From Podarcis liolepis (Eukaryota): DNA of 64,000 nt. The first letter of the stretch is position 1. Each line of letters starts with the position of its first letter. This document shows positions 14,318 to 27,124 of this stretch, piece by piece. The translations under genes and the position numbers were made by a program. Under the pieces are notes generated by a model. The model worked only from the letters and a program-made list of their open reading frames with translations. It searched no databases and was not told the origin of the DNA. The stretch is taken from the NCBI GenBank assembly GCA_965112155.1, contig OZ218098.1; one strand, given 5' to 3'.

Positions 14318-14867
14318 TACATCCTCAATGTGAAAAAGTGTTCCTCCCATGTGCCTTAAACAGTCTCACCCTGATAAATTTTGAAACCCTTGCTAATGGC
14401 CCTTTTGAGGTTAGGCTGATGAGAACCCATCCTCTTGAGCCATAGGCTCTCATAGACCTATCAACCCCTTCATCAGTAGGGTGTGAACTGTGTGCTTCCA
14501 AGTAGGAAGGGTATTCCATTGAGGAACTAAAAGTAACTGATACAGCAAACAGGAACACTAAGAAGAAGTGTGCTGACTGAAAATTATTGGATACACATGG
14601 AAGAATCAACAACATTGGTGCCTTAGCAATCCCAGAAGCATATTTCTTTTAGGGAAAGATGCTTTGCCTATGTGTCATTAGACACAGCTGTCAGATAAAT
14701 TGAAGACAGGCAAGTACACAAGTAGGGGCAACATATGCATTAAGAGGCACTCTATGGAAAAACTGAGGTTCATTGCATAAATGAATGGATCACTCTTGCT
14801 TTTATCTCCTACTGTCGATTATATTTTCTTTCTCGGTGCCAGGCGACACTGTCACATTCCTCCAGAT

Positions 14868-15002
14868 CAGCCTTTCGCAACCTGTGGGTCCCCAGATGTT
14901 GAACTACAACTCCCATCACCCCTAGCTAGCAAGGCCAGAGCTCAGGGATGATGAGAGTTGTAGTCCAACATCATATGGGGACCCACAGGTTGAGAACCGC
15001 TG
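14868..15002. mobile_element. Palindromic hAT MITE
   Basis: 8-bp TSD CTCCAGAT on both sides, CAG...CTG ends, internal inverted ACTACAACTCCCATCA arms. Confidence 0.85.
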
Positions 15003-16635
15003 CTCCAGATGATCATGTAGATGCAGTTCTTAATTTTGGGCTCTGGAATCCATGACCTTGCAGAGGCTTCCTCCATATTCACTCAATTCAAAATATGGCA
15101 AGCCAGTCCTCCTGCATTTGGGGCAGCTTTCCTGCTCATTCTGCTGAGAGGGGCCCTGGACCTCTGCCCCAAAGCCCTGCCCTGGCAGCACCACTGTGTG
15201 CAGATGCGCAGTGTTGGGTTGTGAAGAAAGACTAGTGCTAAACAATACTGTACATACATGCGGCGAGCCAGCAGATATTTCATGTGGCCACATCTGTACC
15301 TTTTGCACAACCTACTGACAGAAATAGGTTTGCCATCACCCTCATGCGTAGAGCCCTACTAGCCTTTCACCATGTTGCTGCCTATATAGTTATGCGGAGG
15401 AATTTGCAGTGTGAACTGGCCCTGATGAGATTCTACTATCAATCATGGGACCCACGGTAAACAAGCCCATTAATTGGAGCTATTGCCAAATCACACTAGG
15501 AACACACCCAAGTATTGCACGTGTAATCTTACAAAAAAAAAAGACACGTTCAAAAGAATGTTGGTTCTGATTCATACACTTCCCCAAAAGAAAAATCATC
15601 ACCAGCTGTGCAACAAGATACATCAAGACCAGTCTAAATGGGGGGGGGGATCTTAAGTGCAAAGGCAAATTAGGGTTGGAGGTGGGGAGTACTAACCAGT
15701 CTTCCCCAGCCTAGTGTGCTCAGGATGCTTTGTACTACAGCTCCAATCATCCCTGACCATTGGATCATGCTGCTGGGAGTTGTAGTCCCATACAACTTGG
15801 GGGACCTATGTTTGGGGAGGCTGGTAGGCTGGTCCATTAGGGCAAGTGAGGGGCTGCCCCACCAAGCTCAGTTAACCAGCTTTCCCTCCTTATTTACAAC
15901 CAGTCTTGGGGGGGGGGGAGGGAGGTATCCGGCTCCCTCTTCCTCCTCAATCTCAGGGTTTCCCCTTGTTGCAGAGAATTCAGCAGGGACAAGGATGGAG
16001 ACAAAACTAGAATTAGTTGGCTCTGCCTGTTATTGGCTCTGGCTCCACCTACTATTGGGCTCCCCAACTTCTACCCCACCAGTATCAATGGGCACCAGCC
16101 ACCACTATAGACCACTTATGAATCCAGATAAAGCACTGCCACCAAGTTACGAAAACTTTCAGTGAGAGGTTATTGCTAGCTTGCTTCATTATGTGATTCC
16201 CCCCCATCTGTTTTGGAAGGCAAGCTTTTGCATAGGAGCCCAGCTTCTTAATTAGTGAAAATCAGGGCAAGAAACTTGCTAAAACTACTATTAGAACTTT
16301 GTGTCCCTGAACCATTAGCTTGTAGTTTAACTGCCACATCACTCATCTTACCCCTAATTAAACCCAGATGAATGCTTTCAATGTTAATACTCAGATAATT
16401 TAATAAAGCTGCACAGGCAGTAAAGTAACAATAAGCTTCTACAAAAAGCTTTCCAGATGTTGCAGAGGCAAATACAAAGCATCAAAATAAAAACTTTTTT
16501 TTAAAAAAAAAAAAGATTGGGAAAGCAAAACTTGGCACGAACTATAAACTAATTAAATATGAGGATGAGGTCTCCAAGAATAAATGGAAGACATAAGGGT
16601 TTGGTGGTAGCCAATAATGATTGTACTAGTCAACG

Positions 16636-16713
16636 TCTGTCTTTCTGTCTGTCTGTCTGTCTGCCTCTGTCTCTGTCTCTCTCTCTCTCACACACACACA
16701 CACACTCACACAC
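16636..16713. repeat. Compound (TCTG)n-(CT)n-(CA)n microsatellite
   Basis: Direct observation. Confidence 0.9.
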
Positions 16714-18218
16714 AAACATCGGAATTCACCAATCATAGGATTACTGTCTCTTTTGTAATGCAAAATTTCATTTTATGCATCAGGAAATGGGATGGGAGAT
16801 TTATTGCTGGTTGCCAGAAACTAGAGAACAATAAAGGGTCAAATCTGAATATTGGTATAAAATATTCTTTGGAAGAACATCATGATAATCAGAACCAGAT
16901 ATCTAGGTCTGCTTTTCAGCTTCTGAAACAGCATCCATTGACTCTTGGCTATAACAAATTTGCTGAGTACTGAATCTAACAAAATTGCTCTGCCTCATTC
17001 CAAAGAATTGGGGAGCTTTGCAAGCTTCTAGTAGCAAGGGTTAGGAACCCTGATGGCCACAGGATTTCACCTGTGGATGAGATTAAGTTTAATAGTGTTT
17101 TCCTTGACCCTCACTGAAACTGACTGGGGAGGCAGTCCATTGTTCTGTACTGTCTTGATCTTTCAATCAAGCATGTTGCCTTAATTTGCTATTCTGCTAC
17201 TTTTCGTCTTCTCCATCTGTCAGAGCTGTGCCAGATAGGTCAACACAAATGTTTGTGGGAGAGAAGGCCTTTTCTGTGTGATCAGCCAAAATGTGTCCCA
17301 ATCACATTTTAGCCCTTGCTTGATACCCCCTCCTAGTCTTGTTCATGTGAAAAGGTAATGTCAGAGCGGTTCTGAGAGCATCACACATGGGTTGTCCCCG
17401 GACCACAGCACCATATGTACAAGATAGTTATGCTCAGCCCATTTTGAGTGTACAGAACTTACTGGGTTCTGCTTCCTTTGGAAGGAGGTCAGTGGCATGC
17501 TTATGGCATTTTGTAATATTTGAGTTCATTTACAGATATGAAGGTTGATTATAGGTAAAGACACAGCTTAAATACTTCAAAAGACAGCCAAAGTCTACAT
17601 CAGATCGCCAGATCATCAAATCACCAGGGGCTTAATTTCCCCGAATACTTTGATTCAAACTGCATTTCCTATCGTTTCTCTTCACACACAAGACATCTAG
17701 ATTACATCATCAAGGGGGAGGAGGTCTGCTTTTGCCCGATTCATAAGACGCAAGGAGGATTGTCTAATAATTAGTTTCTATGGAAACACATCACCTGAAT
17801 ACTCAGGACTATTAACAGCCTCCTCTGTCAAGACTCTGGCACATACTGCCTTAAAACAACTCATGGTGATAGTCCTATTCACCAAAAAAAAAAGAAAAGG
17901 GGGGGGGACCCAACTTACAGCAAAACCCATTGCAGTATATTGCCCTTTGAGTGCTCAGTGGATACAATATCCCCATAACAGAAGTGCAACCTTGAGAGAA
18001 GATGAAGTTTGCTATAAGCCGATGCATTAAGATAAACGTATGCAGAAACACCCAGAAAGCTTGTGACTGTGCATGTTAGTGAAAATTGTTTTGCATGTTG
18101 GTGTGACAGTGCATGGATGTATGAATGCAAGACACAGAATTAATGAGTGCACTTTTAATGAGGCCTAAAGGGAAACAGAGTATGGTCAGTGTTTGCTACA
18201 GAAAGAGAATCCCCTTAT

Positions 18219-18220
<2 letters not shown>

Positions 18221-18262
<42 letters not shown>
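18221..18262. repeat. (CA)n microsatellite
   Basis: Direct observation. Confidence 0.97.
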
Positions 18263-18264
<2 letters not shown>

Positions 18265-18631
18265 GGGCTCAGCTATACAGCTGCAAATAAAATGTTTTAA
18301 GTGTGTTGTCAAGTGCATTATACAAATGTGACACTAGATGGCAATGGTGAGCTATGGCAAAGTCAATATATTTTTCAAAACGTTTTTGAAAAAAGCATTT
18401 TCGCAACATGTTTTTATGTGTATCTAGATTCCACCAAACACACACATTCACATGGTGCTTGCAATATGTGAAACCTGTGCGTTCCCTCCCCGTGGATGAC
18501 TGTCTCATAGTACTGTATGTCAATTAATGACCCATGTGTGAACTCAGAATCAGCAGATGAGACGTATGTACAAAATGGGTCATTCAAACAACTAAAGATG
18601 CTCCTTTTGTTTGATTTCTTTTTACTCACAG

Positions 18632-18782
18632 CACATGACGGCCAAGGAGGGCGGAATGTGAAGAGCAATTTATGTAAGTGGTGTAATAACACGTACCCAG
18701 TCTGTAAAGATCAGGAGTGCTACAGCAACTGTGATCTCAGCTCCTATTGTGAAAAGTCAGAGGAAATCTGTGTGTCTATATG
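18632..18782 (+). CDS. TGFBR2L: TGFBR2-like exon 2 (ectodomain N-half)
   Basis: Polypyrimidine tract + cag acceptor; LCKWCNNTYPVCKDQECYSNCDLSSYCEKSEEICVSIW parallels TGFBR2 LCKFCDVRFSTC...CEKPQEVCVAVW; TG|gtaagc donor. Confidence 0.92.
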
Positions 18783-19639
18783 GTAAGCAGGCAAAGAGCA
18801 CCAACCCTCATTAAGCACATCCCTAATGGGCGATGAAACAAACTGTCAATGAAATCAAATGCACAGATATATTAGAATATTAGAATATGGGTAAAAGGAA
18901 ATATATACATTATAAGCAGGGCTTTTTAAAACCCTCTCAGGTGGGTTCTGGCACCTCTGTTAATAAAAACATTTACATATTAAATGTAAAATAAAGTGCA
19001 AGAACATAGTTACGGAAAGATCCACACCTAGCAGTTACATTTTCCAACTGCTGCACATTATATCTTGAGGATTCTAATAAGTACAAAGTCATGGTTGGGG
19101 ACAAGCAATTGACATTTTTAATTTATATGGGAGTTCATCTGATAGGAATGAAAGTGTTGTCCTGTACCTTCCCCCCTTTAAATGTGGGGGTTTTGATCCT
19201 GTCGATTTTGGACTTTCCAAGGATGGAAAAACCTTACATTTCCAGGTTCAAGACAACAGTATGATGAGGAGGCTGCCATGTGGACACCACTGCTTTAATG
19301 GGGAGGCAGGCAGGTGCAAATCTGTGTTTTGCTCCAGTGTGGACAAGCCCAAAGACAACTTTTGGATACACTTCCAGTTGGCATCGGGAAATATTAACAG
19401 CCTTGGGCAGCATTCACCTAATGAGCCCCATCATCAGAAGCCCCGTGCAAGGACCTCCAGTTGTGCAACAAGACTCCCCCTCCTTCCCAAAATGGTCAGG
19501 AGAACCCCCAGAACAATATGCGGGGTGAGGAGAGGAAAGAATCATTCCATCTGGCAAGCCGCAGAACATTTGTAACAGGCAATTGTGAATTCCACCCCTT
19601 GCACAAAGCACTGCTTAGGCTACTGTGTCAAGGTACATC

Positions 19640-20246
19640 TATAGAATCATAGAGTTGGAAGGGATCCAAGGGTCATCTAGTCCAACTGATACAGGAATAT
19701 CAGTTAAAGCATCCATGGCAGATGGCCATCCAACCTCCGCTTAAAATCCTGCAAGGAAGGAGAGTCCACAGCCTCCCGAGGGAGACTGTTCCACCGTCGA
19801 ACAGCTCTTACTGTCAGAGAGGGATGTGGGTGGCGCTGTGGACTAAGCCACTGAGCCTCTTGGGCTTGCCAATCAGATGGTTAGCGGTTCAAATCCCCAT
19901 GACGGGGTGAGCTCCCATTGCTCTGTCCCAGCTCCTGCCATCCTAGCCGTTTGAAAGGACACCAGTGCAAGTAGATAAATAGGTACCGCTGTGGTGGGAA
20001 GGTAAACAGGGTTTCCATGCACTCTGGTTTCCATCACTCTGGTTGCACCAGTAGTGGTTTAATCATGCTGGCCACATGACCTAGAAAGCTTTCTGCAGAC
20101 AAACACCAGTTCCCTTGGCCTGAAGTGAGAAGTCACCTTGGACTGGACTTAACCGTCCAGGGATCCTCTACCTTTTTACCTTTACCTTACTGTCAGAAAG
20201 GTTTTCTGTATGTTTAGTTGGAATCTCCTTTCTTGTAACTTGAAAC
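19640..20246 (-). mobile_element. Short CR1 3' fragment interrupted by a Sauria SINE
   Basis: ATAGAATCATAGAGTTGGAAG terminus, homologous to 9339-9570, resuming after the SINE. Confidence 0.8.
19821..20185 (+). mobile_element. Sauria SINE
   Basis: tRNA-like head (GTGGCGCTGTGG ... GGTTCAAATCCC), (ACCTTT)n tail, TSD CTTACTGTCAGA(G/A)A at 19807 and 20186. Confidence 0.85.
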
Positions 20247-20354
20247 TATGTTCAGGACTGATTTATTATTTGTTTATGAACAAGTACATCAATGTTGGCT
20301 TACATTATTCTACCTTCACAGTGATCATTTTTTCCGATTAATTATGCATTTCAG

Positions 20355-20557
20355 GAAACAAGACAACGAGAGCATTAGAGTGAGTACTCTTTGTCACAAT
20401 CCACAGCTTCCCGTGGAAAATGTCATGGTTCCCAAGTATAACACATCCCAGTGTGTTATGGTCCGTCAGCACAATGAGGAGGGGATATTTTACATTTGTG
20501 GCTGTGTGAATGAACAGGAATGCAATGACAAACTCATTTTTGAAAAGCACACCAGTG
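20355..20557 (+). CDS. TGFBR2L: TGFBR2-like exon 3 (ectodomain C-half)
   Basis: ttcag acceptor; LCHNPQLP...CVM...YICGCVNEQECNDKLIF (Cys box CxCxxxxxCND); G|gtgagt donor. Confidence 0.93.
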
Positions 20558-20973
20558 GTGAGTATTCTTCCTGGTTTGAGTCCACCTTTCCCCATTTTAG
20601 AGGAGATTATTTTTATTGAGACTGTTGGCATTGGCAGACTTTGGGCTTTAAAATTTCAGTGGCACTCTCACCTTCTGTTGTTTGTCATTGTTGCGATGCC
20701 CCCGGTGTTGCACCCAGTGTAGGCAAACTGACTCTGCTCCCCTAAATCCGCCTCTGCCATTGGGGTGCGTGTGTTAAATCCTTTCTCCCCCACCTTCATT
20801 CCCAATCATTCTTGCCCCTGCTGCAATTGGGGTGAAAGGGGGGAGGAGAGGACTGATATAAAGGCAATGTTATTTGGGTTGAAATGATTGAGTCAATTCA
20901 TAGAGAGGAGAAAAAAATGACTCAAGCACAATGTAGAAAATGGCTAGACTGAACAATCTAACCTGGCGGATTA

Positions 20974-21217
20974 CAGTGGTACCTTGGTAGTTGAACGGCT
21001 TGGCTCCCAAACAAATCAGCACCTGAACGCTACAAACCCGGAAGTGGGTGTTCCTGTTTGCGAACGTTTTTCGGAAGCCAGACGTCCAACACAACTTCCG
21101 CAGCTTCCGATTGAGTGCAGGAAGCTCCTGCAGCCTAACAGAAGCCACACCTTGGTTTTTGCACCATTTTGGGAGTCGAACGGATTCTCTTGAATTTTGA
21201 GAACCAAGGTACCACTG
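20974..21217. mobile_element. Tc1/mariner-type MITE (family B)
   Basis: TA-flanked, TIR CAGTGGTACCTTGGT / ACCAAGGTACCACTG, different interior from family A. Confidence 0.82.
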
Positions 21218-22988
21218 TAGTAACACAGTTGGCCATTTCCACCTGGGGAAATGATGCGGCTATTCAACTGAATTTTAAGAAGCTTGACTTTCTGAGCTCT
21301 GAAGGGGTGGGGAGGGAAGCTGGACAGAACATGAGAGGGGGATGTTTTGTTCACAACATTATACATTCCCCAGAAAAAGTGAGAGAATGCAGTGTAAATA
21401 TTCCACAGTAAATGCTCAGTGTGAAAGTGGCCTATGTTGCAAGGCAGGGACGGAGTTCTGCCTAAGGTCTTGTTGACTGTCAAAGTAGATCAGTTACAGT
21501 AACTGACCATGAAAGTAGACCAGTAGTAGCCAACAAGGTGACCTCTAGATGCTGCTAGACGTGTGGGCCTTAGCCAGCGCAGCTGATGGCTAGGGAAGAT
21601 GGGAATTGCAGTCCAATAACATTGGAAGGGCAGCATACTGGCGACCCATGGTGGATTGATGGTTTGACTCCATAGGCATATGTTCAAGCCAGTATTATTT
21701 TAGACTTGTAAGCTAAGCCATCGCTTTCAGTGTTGACCTTATCAGATGTTAGTTTTGCGAGGAATGGGATCTGTTTCCTGCTTATACAGTCTAAAAACAG
21801 AGATGGCCCAACCACAGCTCCCCCCCCCTCCCAAACATTCCATTGAAAGTTTGCCTGTCAGGCAAAAACATAAAACACCAGGCTGGGTCATGTGTGGGAA
21901 GGAACAAAATGTAGCGGGGAGATGCCTCTCCCCATCCCTCCTGCCCTAATTGTGGGTCTGCTTAGTTTGGACCAAACTGTGGTAAAGTTTGATGCAGTTT
22001 TTGAGCTGTGAAACTGAAACTTGAGTTTATACAATGTGATCTCCTGTGCAATGATTACGTAGCCTGCTTTAGGAAGAAAATCGCCCCTTAAGTCACATTA
22101 TCAGCTTCAGAATCTATAGCTGAATTATAAATGGTGCTCCAGAAAATTCCGCAGGCATGATGGGCAGACTATTTATTTTAATGCAACATTTAATGCAAAT
22201 ATTTATTTATATGTCATGTGATATTACATATAAAAATCAAGGTTAGAACTGTTGTATCTTAATTGCATGGAAAAACAAGTAAAAAAGCATCAGAAGTGAC
22301 AACAAACCGTATTTGGAAGCAAGAGAGCAGTAGAATCTCAGTTGAACATGTAGGAACTTAGCATTCTGTGGTTGCTGTCATTGCACGCAGTTGATACTGT
22401 TCGCTGTGGTCTGGCTTACACCATAACACTAAGCCAGACCATAGCTAAGTGTGAATGTGCAAGTGTTCAGGTAGCAACAGAAAAAATCACAGCCACTTCA
22501 CTGTTCCCTCAGTCCTCCTGCAGCCATGCTACCTTGAGTTAAGCAATGGTTTGACATGTTAAATCTGTCCAGGGAGAGAAACTTGAGCATGGGTTTGGAC
22601 ATAACATTAAGCGAAATCATACCTTACTTTACAGCAGGAGGACTGGAGTGAAACAGACTTGATTTTTACTGTAAAAACACACACTTATTGAGGCTTAGCC
22701 ATGGTTTGGGCTTAACATTATGTGCACACAGGGCCAGTGACTGTTCTCTCAGCAAGGAATATATGAGCAACCACTTTCTTTTTTCAACACAGACCAAGTC
22801 CACATAACATAAAACAGAACTGTTTGACAGGAAAAGCATAATAACAACATGTGGCCATTAAATGAATTATCATTTTAGTTATCAGTAAGTTACACTGTTG
22901 ATTATGATCACATCTTATGGCAGCCAGTGCCAAGGTCAAATGGACAGTGCAGTGGCGGCGACAAAAATCATTGCTTTTCATTATAGAC

Positions 22989-23309
22989 CAGGGGTAGGCA
23001 ACCTAAGGCCCATGGGCCAGATGTGGCCCAGTCACCTTCTCAATCCGGCCCATGGGCAGTCCAGGAATCAGCGTGTTTTTTACATGAGTAGAATGTGTCC
23101 TTTTACTTAAAATGTATATCTGGGTTATTTGTGGGGCCTGCCTAGTGTTTTCACTTGAGTAGAATGTGTGCTTTTATTTAAAATGCATCTCTAGGTTATT
23201 TGTGGGGCATAGGAATTTGTTCATTCCCCCCCCCCCATATAGTCCGGCCCACCACATGGTCTGAGGGACGGTGGACCGGCCCACAGCTGAAAAAGTTTGC
23301 TGACCCCTG
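22989..23309. mobile_element. hAT non-autonomous element
   Basis: TIR CAGGGGT...ACCCCTG, perfect 8-bp TSD TTATAGAC. Confidence 0.88.
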
Positions 23310-23316
23310 TTATAGA

Positions 23317-23491
23317 CAGTGCATTTTTCCTGGAGAGGACGCAGGGGTACACATACCCCTAAACATTTTGTGAATCTTTGTACTTTTGTCCATTTACTGT
23401 ATTTCTTTTTCCCGATTTGAACTATAAAATGGTGGTTTTCTTGAGTCAAAATGAGAGTACCCCTAAAAAAAAATTAAGAAAAAAAGCACTG
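23317..23491. mobile_element. hAT-like MITE (older; its left TSD was hit by the 22989 element)
   Basis: TIR CAGTGC.TTTTT / AAAAAAGCACTG; TSD ATTATAGA at 22980 and 23492. Confidence 0.78.
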
Positions 23492-26400
23492 ATTATAGAT
23501 ATACTGTGTGTGAAGTTTTATACCTCGGGCCCTTTAGAGTTAGCAGTATGCAAAGAAACTCATATTCTCTTGGCTTCCTTGGATCATTTAAAGCAGTAGC
23601 ACATTATTGTTTGGTGTTCAGAAAGTAGCATACCGTATTCATTATATGCCATTTATCCTCCTACACCCTTTTGAGAGCAGACAAGGACCATAGGAAGGTG
23701 GCCAAGGCTATATTATAACTCTAAATCTACCTAATAGAGATTATATTGCTCGATTCAGAATATATCCATTGAGGAATATTTAGATGCCCTCAGCATTTCT
23801 TGTTTCATTTGACCGTGAGGTGGGTTTTTTTCTTTCTTCTAGAACCAATTCATTTCTGGCAGAGAAAGCAGTGGGAGGCACAGAGAAATATGAGGCGATG
23901 GTTTTCCTTTTCTTTACATTTCAGCATTTGTTTTCATAGAAAACAACTGCTTGCCTGATAATTCTTCAGGCTCATTTAATGATCCCTGCTACAAGCTGAT
24001 GACTTTGCAGCCCGGGAGGCAACATACTTATGCAGCTGATGGGAATTATGTACACAGTTATTACTTCAGGGTTTGCACATAAGAGAAGTCCTGGAAAATC
24101 CTCTGAAAACCATTCTGCTTTCCATTGGATTTCACAGCCTTTAGCGATGTAGTCATACCCATCAGGTAAATCCATTAGAGAAGCAGGAGATAGCCAGGCT
24201 TCGCGCTTTCCAAAACAAACTCAAATTATATCATTTGAGGTTGATCCTGTGGTTTGAACTCAATGCCTATTTTAGAAACATTCACAGCTTAGCAGAAGTT
24301 AGCTGTGGCAGATTTTTATTTTTTTGTAAACTGCCAAGTAAAACAGCCAAGTGCTTTGAGTTTCTTTTTCCAGTATCTGAACTGTAGGCTGCACCCACTG
24401 AGGTCATGCAGCAAAGGCTTTTTGCTTAGGGGATGGCTCTTGAACTTCTCTTCCTCACTATTATACTTGGCCAAGAATCCTTTCAAAGATTTTATTTGAA
24501 TTTCATGAGCAGCAGTGAGGAACTGCTCCTATCTCTTTGCAACGGGGAGAAGAGATCGTATCTCATATCTTGCCTGTATTGAAAACAACTCCCCTGGCTC
24601 CCAGCAGTTTCCAAGTTCAGTTGAAAGTGCCAGTATTAACTCTTAAAGCCACACGGTTTATCTTCCTAATACCTGATGGGCCATCTTCTCCCATATCAAT
24701 CTGCCCATCCACTGAGGTCACTGCCTGAGGCCTTCCTTAAGCTGGTCCCACCATCTGAAGTGTTGGTGGGCAGTGACCAAAAAGAGCCTTTTTAATGTAG
24801 GTCCTCAGCTTTGGGGTGCCAGCCTTCCTACTTAGACCCAGTTAGCACCCTTATTACTCTCATTTGGCTGCCAGGCAAAATCATTTATGGTTTCAGACTT
24901 TAAAGAACCTTTAGCATCAATGGTAGCTTTCTTTTTTGTAAACTTAAAATAGTTTCCATTTTTACTAGCTATCTGAATGAACTGTTCCCATTTTAGTTCA
25001 TTGAGTTAGTTTGTATGCTTTCTTTTATGAGTTTCATTTTTTAAAAAACGACAACACTTTTAACCATGTGTACAAATGCATGCACATGGACCTTACTTAC
25101 GGTTTATTCAAGGATGCAGTCAGTGAGTATCCCTTAGGTGGATCTCAACATGCAGAAACGTTGCAATGTAAACTCAGCAGTAAAGCTTGTTTCATTGCAA
25201 ATACTCCCAGCTAATGGGGCAGCAGCAGGTTCACATTACAACCAGCAGGTGGCAGCAAAGGGGCTGCAGCATCTGCGAATCAGAGGCGCAAGTACTGTAA
25301 GGCGCTATAGTTGCAAGTGCGGTTTACAAACATCCCCATCCTAGTAGTGATTTCACCCACTAGTAACTGCAGAACAGGATCTTTCCCACAAAGATTAGCC
25401 AGCCTGTTCTTGAAGCGTTCGGCATGGTTATAATCCAGCTCTTACAAGACCTGGCCTAATAGCAATCAATCTGCTCCGTAATCTTCACTTCACAAGGAAA
25501 GATAGTGGTGCCCAGTCTTGGTCTCTTTCCTGACCAGAGCTGCAATTCCAGGGCCACTCGGCTGCAGTGTGAAACAGGTTCTTACTTACTGAGTGTGGCT
25601 GGGGAGGAGAGTGAGCATCTATGGCAGCTCCACCCAGCAGGCTTCTTTCACAGTGATGCATTTTGTGCTTCTTATGAGTGCATTAACAGTACCCACCACT
25701 GGGTGCTTTCTGTTTTTCCCCCTACAGAGATTTACCTGTTTAGGTGCCTCTGGGAAATTAAGAGGTCTCAGCAGCACTGCACCTAGCTGCCCCATGATAA
25801 AATTAAAAAATCTGTGAGTTAAAAGGGTGGGGGAGGGAAGGGTGGGGGGTGGAAGGAGTATTGGGAGTCAGACCCTCTGGACCACGCTCCCACACTGCCG
25901 CTGGACGGACTGCTTTTACTTAGCATTCCTTCCTTAGATTAATCTGATCATTGATAGCAGGGCCATTTATATTTTCAAAAGACCTGGAGCAAAGGAGTTA
26001 CCAGCATTTTCCACCCTTGGCCTCTTGGGTTTATGATCTAAGAGCTGAGTTTTTGTAAAGACTGTTCATTTTAGTCGGCAAGATTTGGCTCTGTCATCTT
26101 GCGTGCACATGAAGCTGCTTATACCGTCGTCAGATCTACAGTACATATATACTAATTAACAGCACATCTCAAAAGTCTCTGGCATGTGCTTTACCCAATG
26201 AGTTGGGGCTTTTTCCCAGATCAGATCTCCTGACTATGTCTGAGAACAAAACAACTAACTTACCAAATTGTAAATTGTGGGGGAAATTTGCCTGTTTCCT
26301 AAATGCATGGTAAAGTGCTGCAATACAGACGACTGCGGCTGACTTGGTTGTAATCTTTGAGTGGCTGCTGCTCTGCCGACAGTTGCTGAGAATAAAACGA

Positions 26401-26536
26401 AAAGCAGAGAGGGACCTGATACACCATCTTGAGCTCCTAGGAGGAAAGGTGGGATATACATGTAATAATAAACAAATAATAAATTAACATTTGCCACGTG
26501 TTAAACTGCATGGCTATTTTTTCCAAAATCGCACTA

Positions 26537-26767
26537 CAGTGGTACCTGAGGTTAAGTACTTAATTCGTTCCGGAGGTCCGTTCTTAACCTGAAACTGTTC
26601 TTAACCTGAAGCACCACTTTAGCTAATGGGGCCTCCTGCTGCCGCCGCACGATTTCTGTTCTCATCCTGAAACAAAGTTCTTAACCCGAGGTAACATTTC
26701 TGGGTTAGCGGAGTCTGTAACCTGAAGCGTATGTAACCTGAAGCATATGTAACCCGAGGTACCACTG
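26537..26767 (-). mobile_element. Tc1/mariner-type MITE (family A)
   Basis: TA-flanked, CAGTGGTACCT TIRs, reverse complement of 1970-2184. Confidence 0.85.
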
Positions 26768-27124
26768 TATATATTAAAGAAAACAGACAACCAAGCAAAC
26801 CCATGGTAGAAAATGTTAGCACTTGAAATGTTGAGCCCTAGGATACAGGAGAAGGTACGGAGGAAGCTGCCTTATTCTGAGTCAGACCACTGGTCCAACT
26901 TACCTGAGTATTGTCTGCACTGAGTGGCAGCAGCTCTCCAGGGTTTTTAGACAGGGAACATTTCCAGCTCTACCTGGAGTAGTTGGGGGTTGCGCTGTGA
27001 TTCTTCCCCACAAGTTATTAGTTTTATGTTCATTCTTCACTAAGAAAAGCTGTTCATGTTGACTAACTGGCCTATGCGGAGATGTTCTTGCTGTGTATTA
27101 ATTTTTGCTTTCCTTTTGCCATAG

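Noticed and set aside
19821-19910. tRNA gene (A/B boxes)
   Set aside because: It is the tRNA-derived head of a Sauria SINE and does not form a full cloverleaf.
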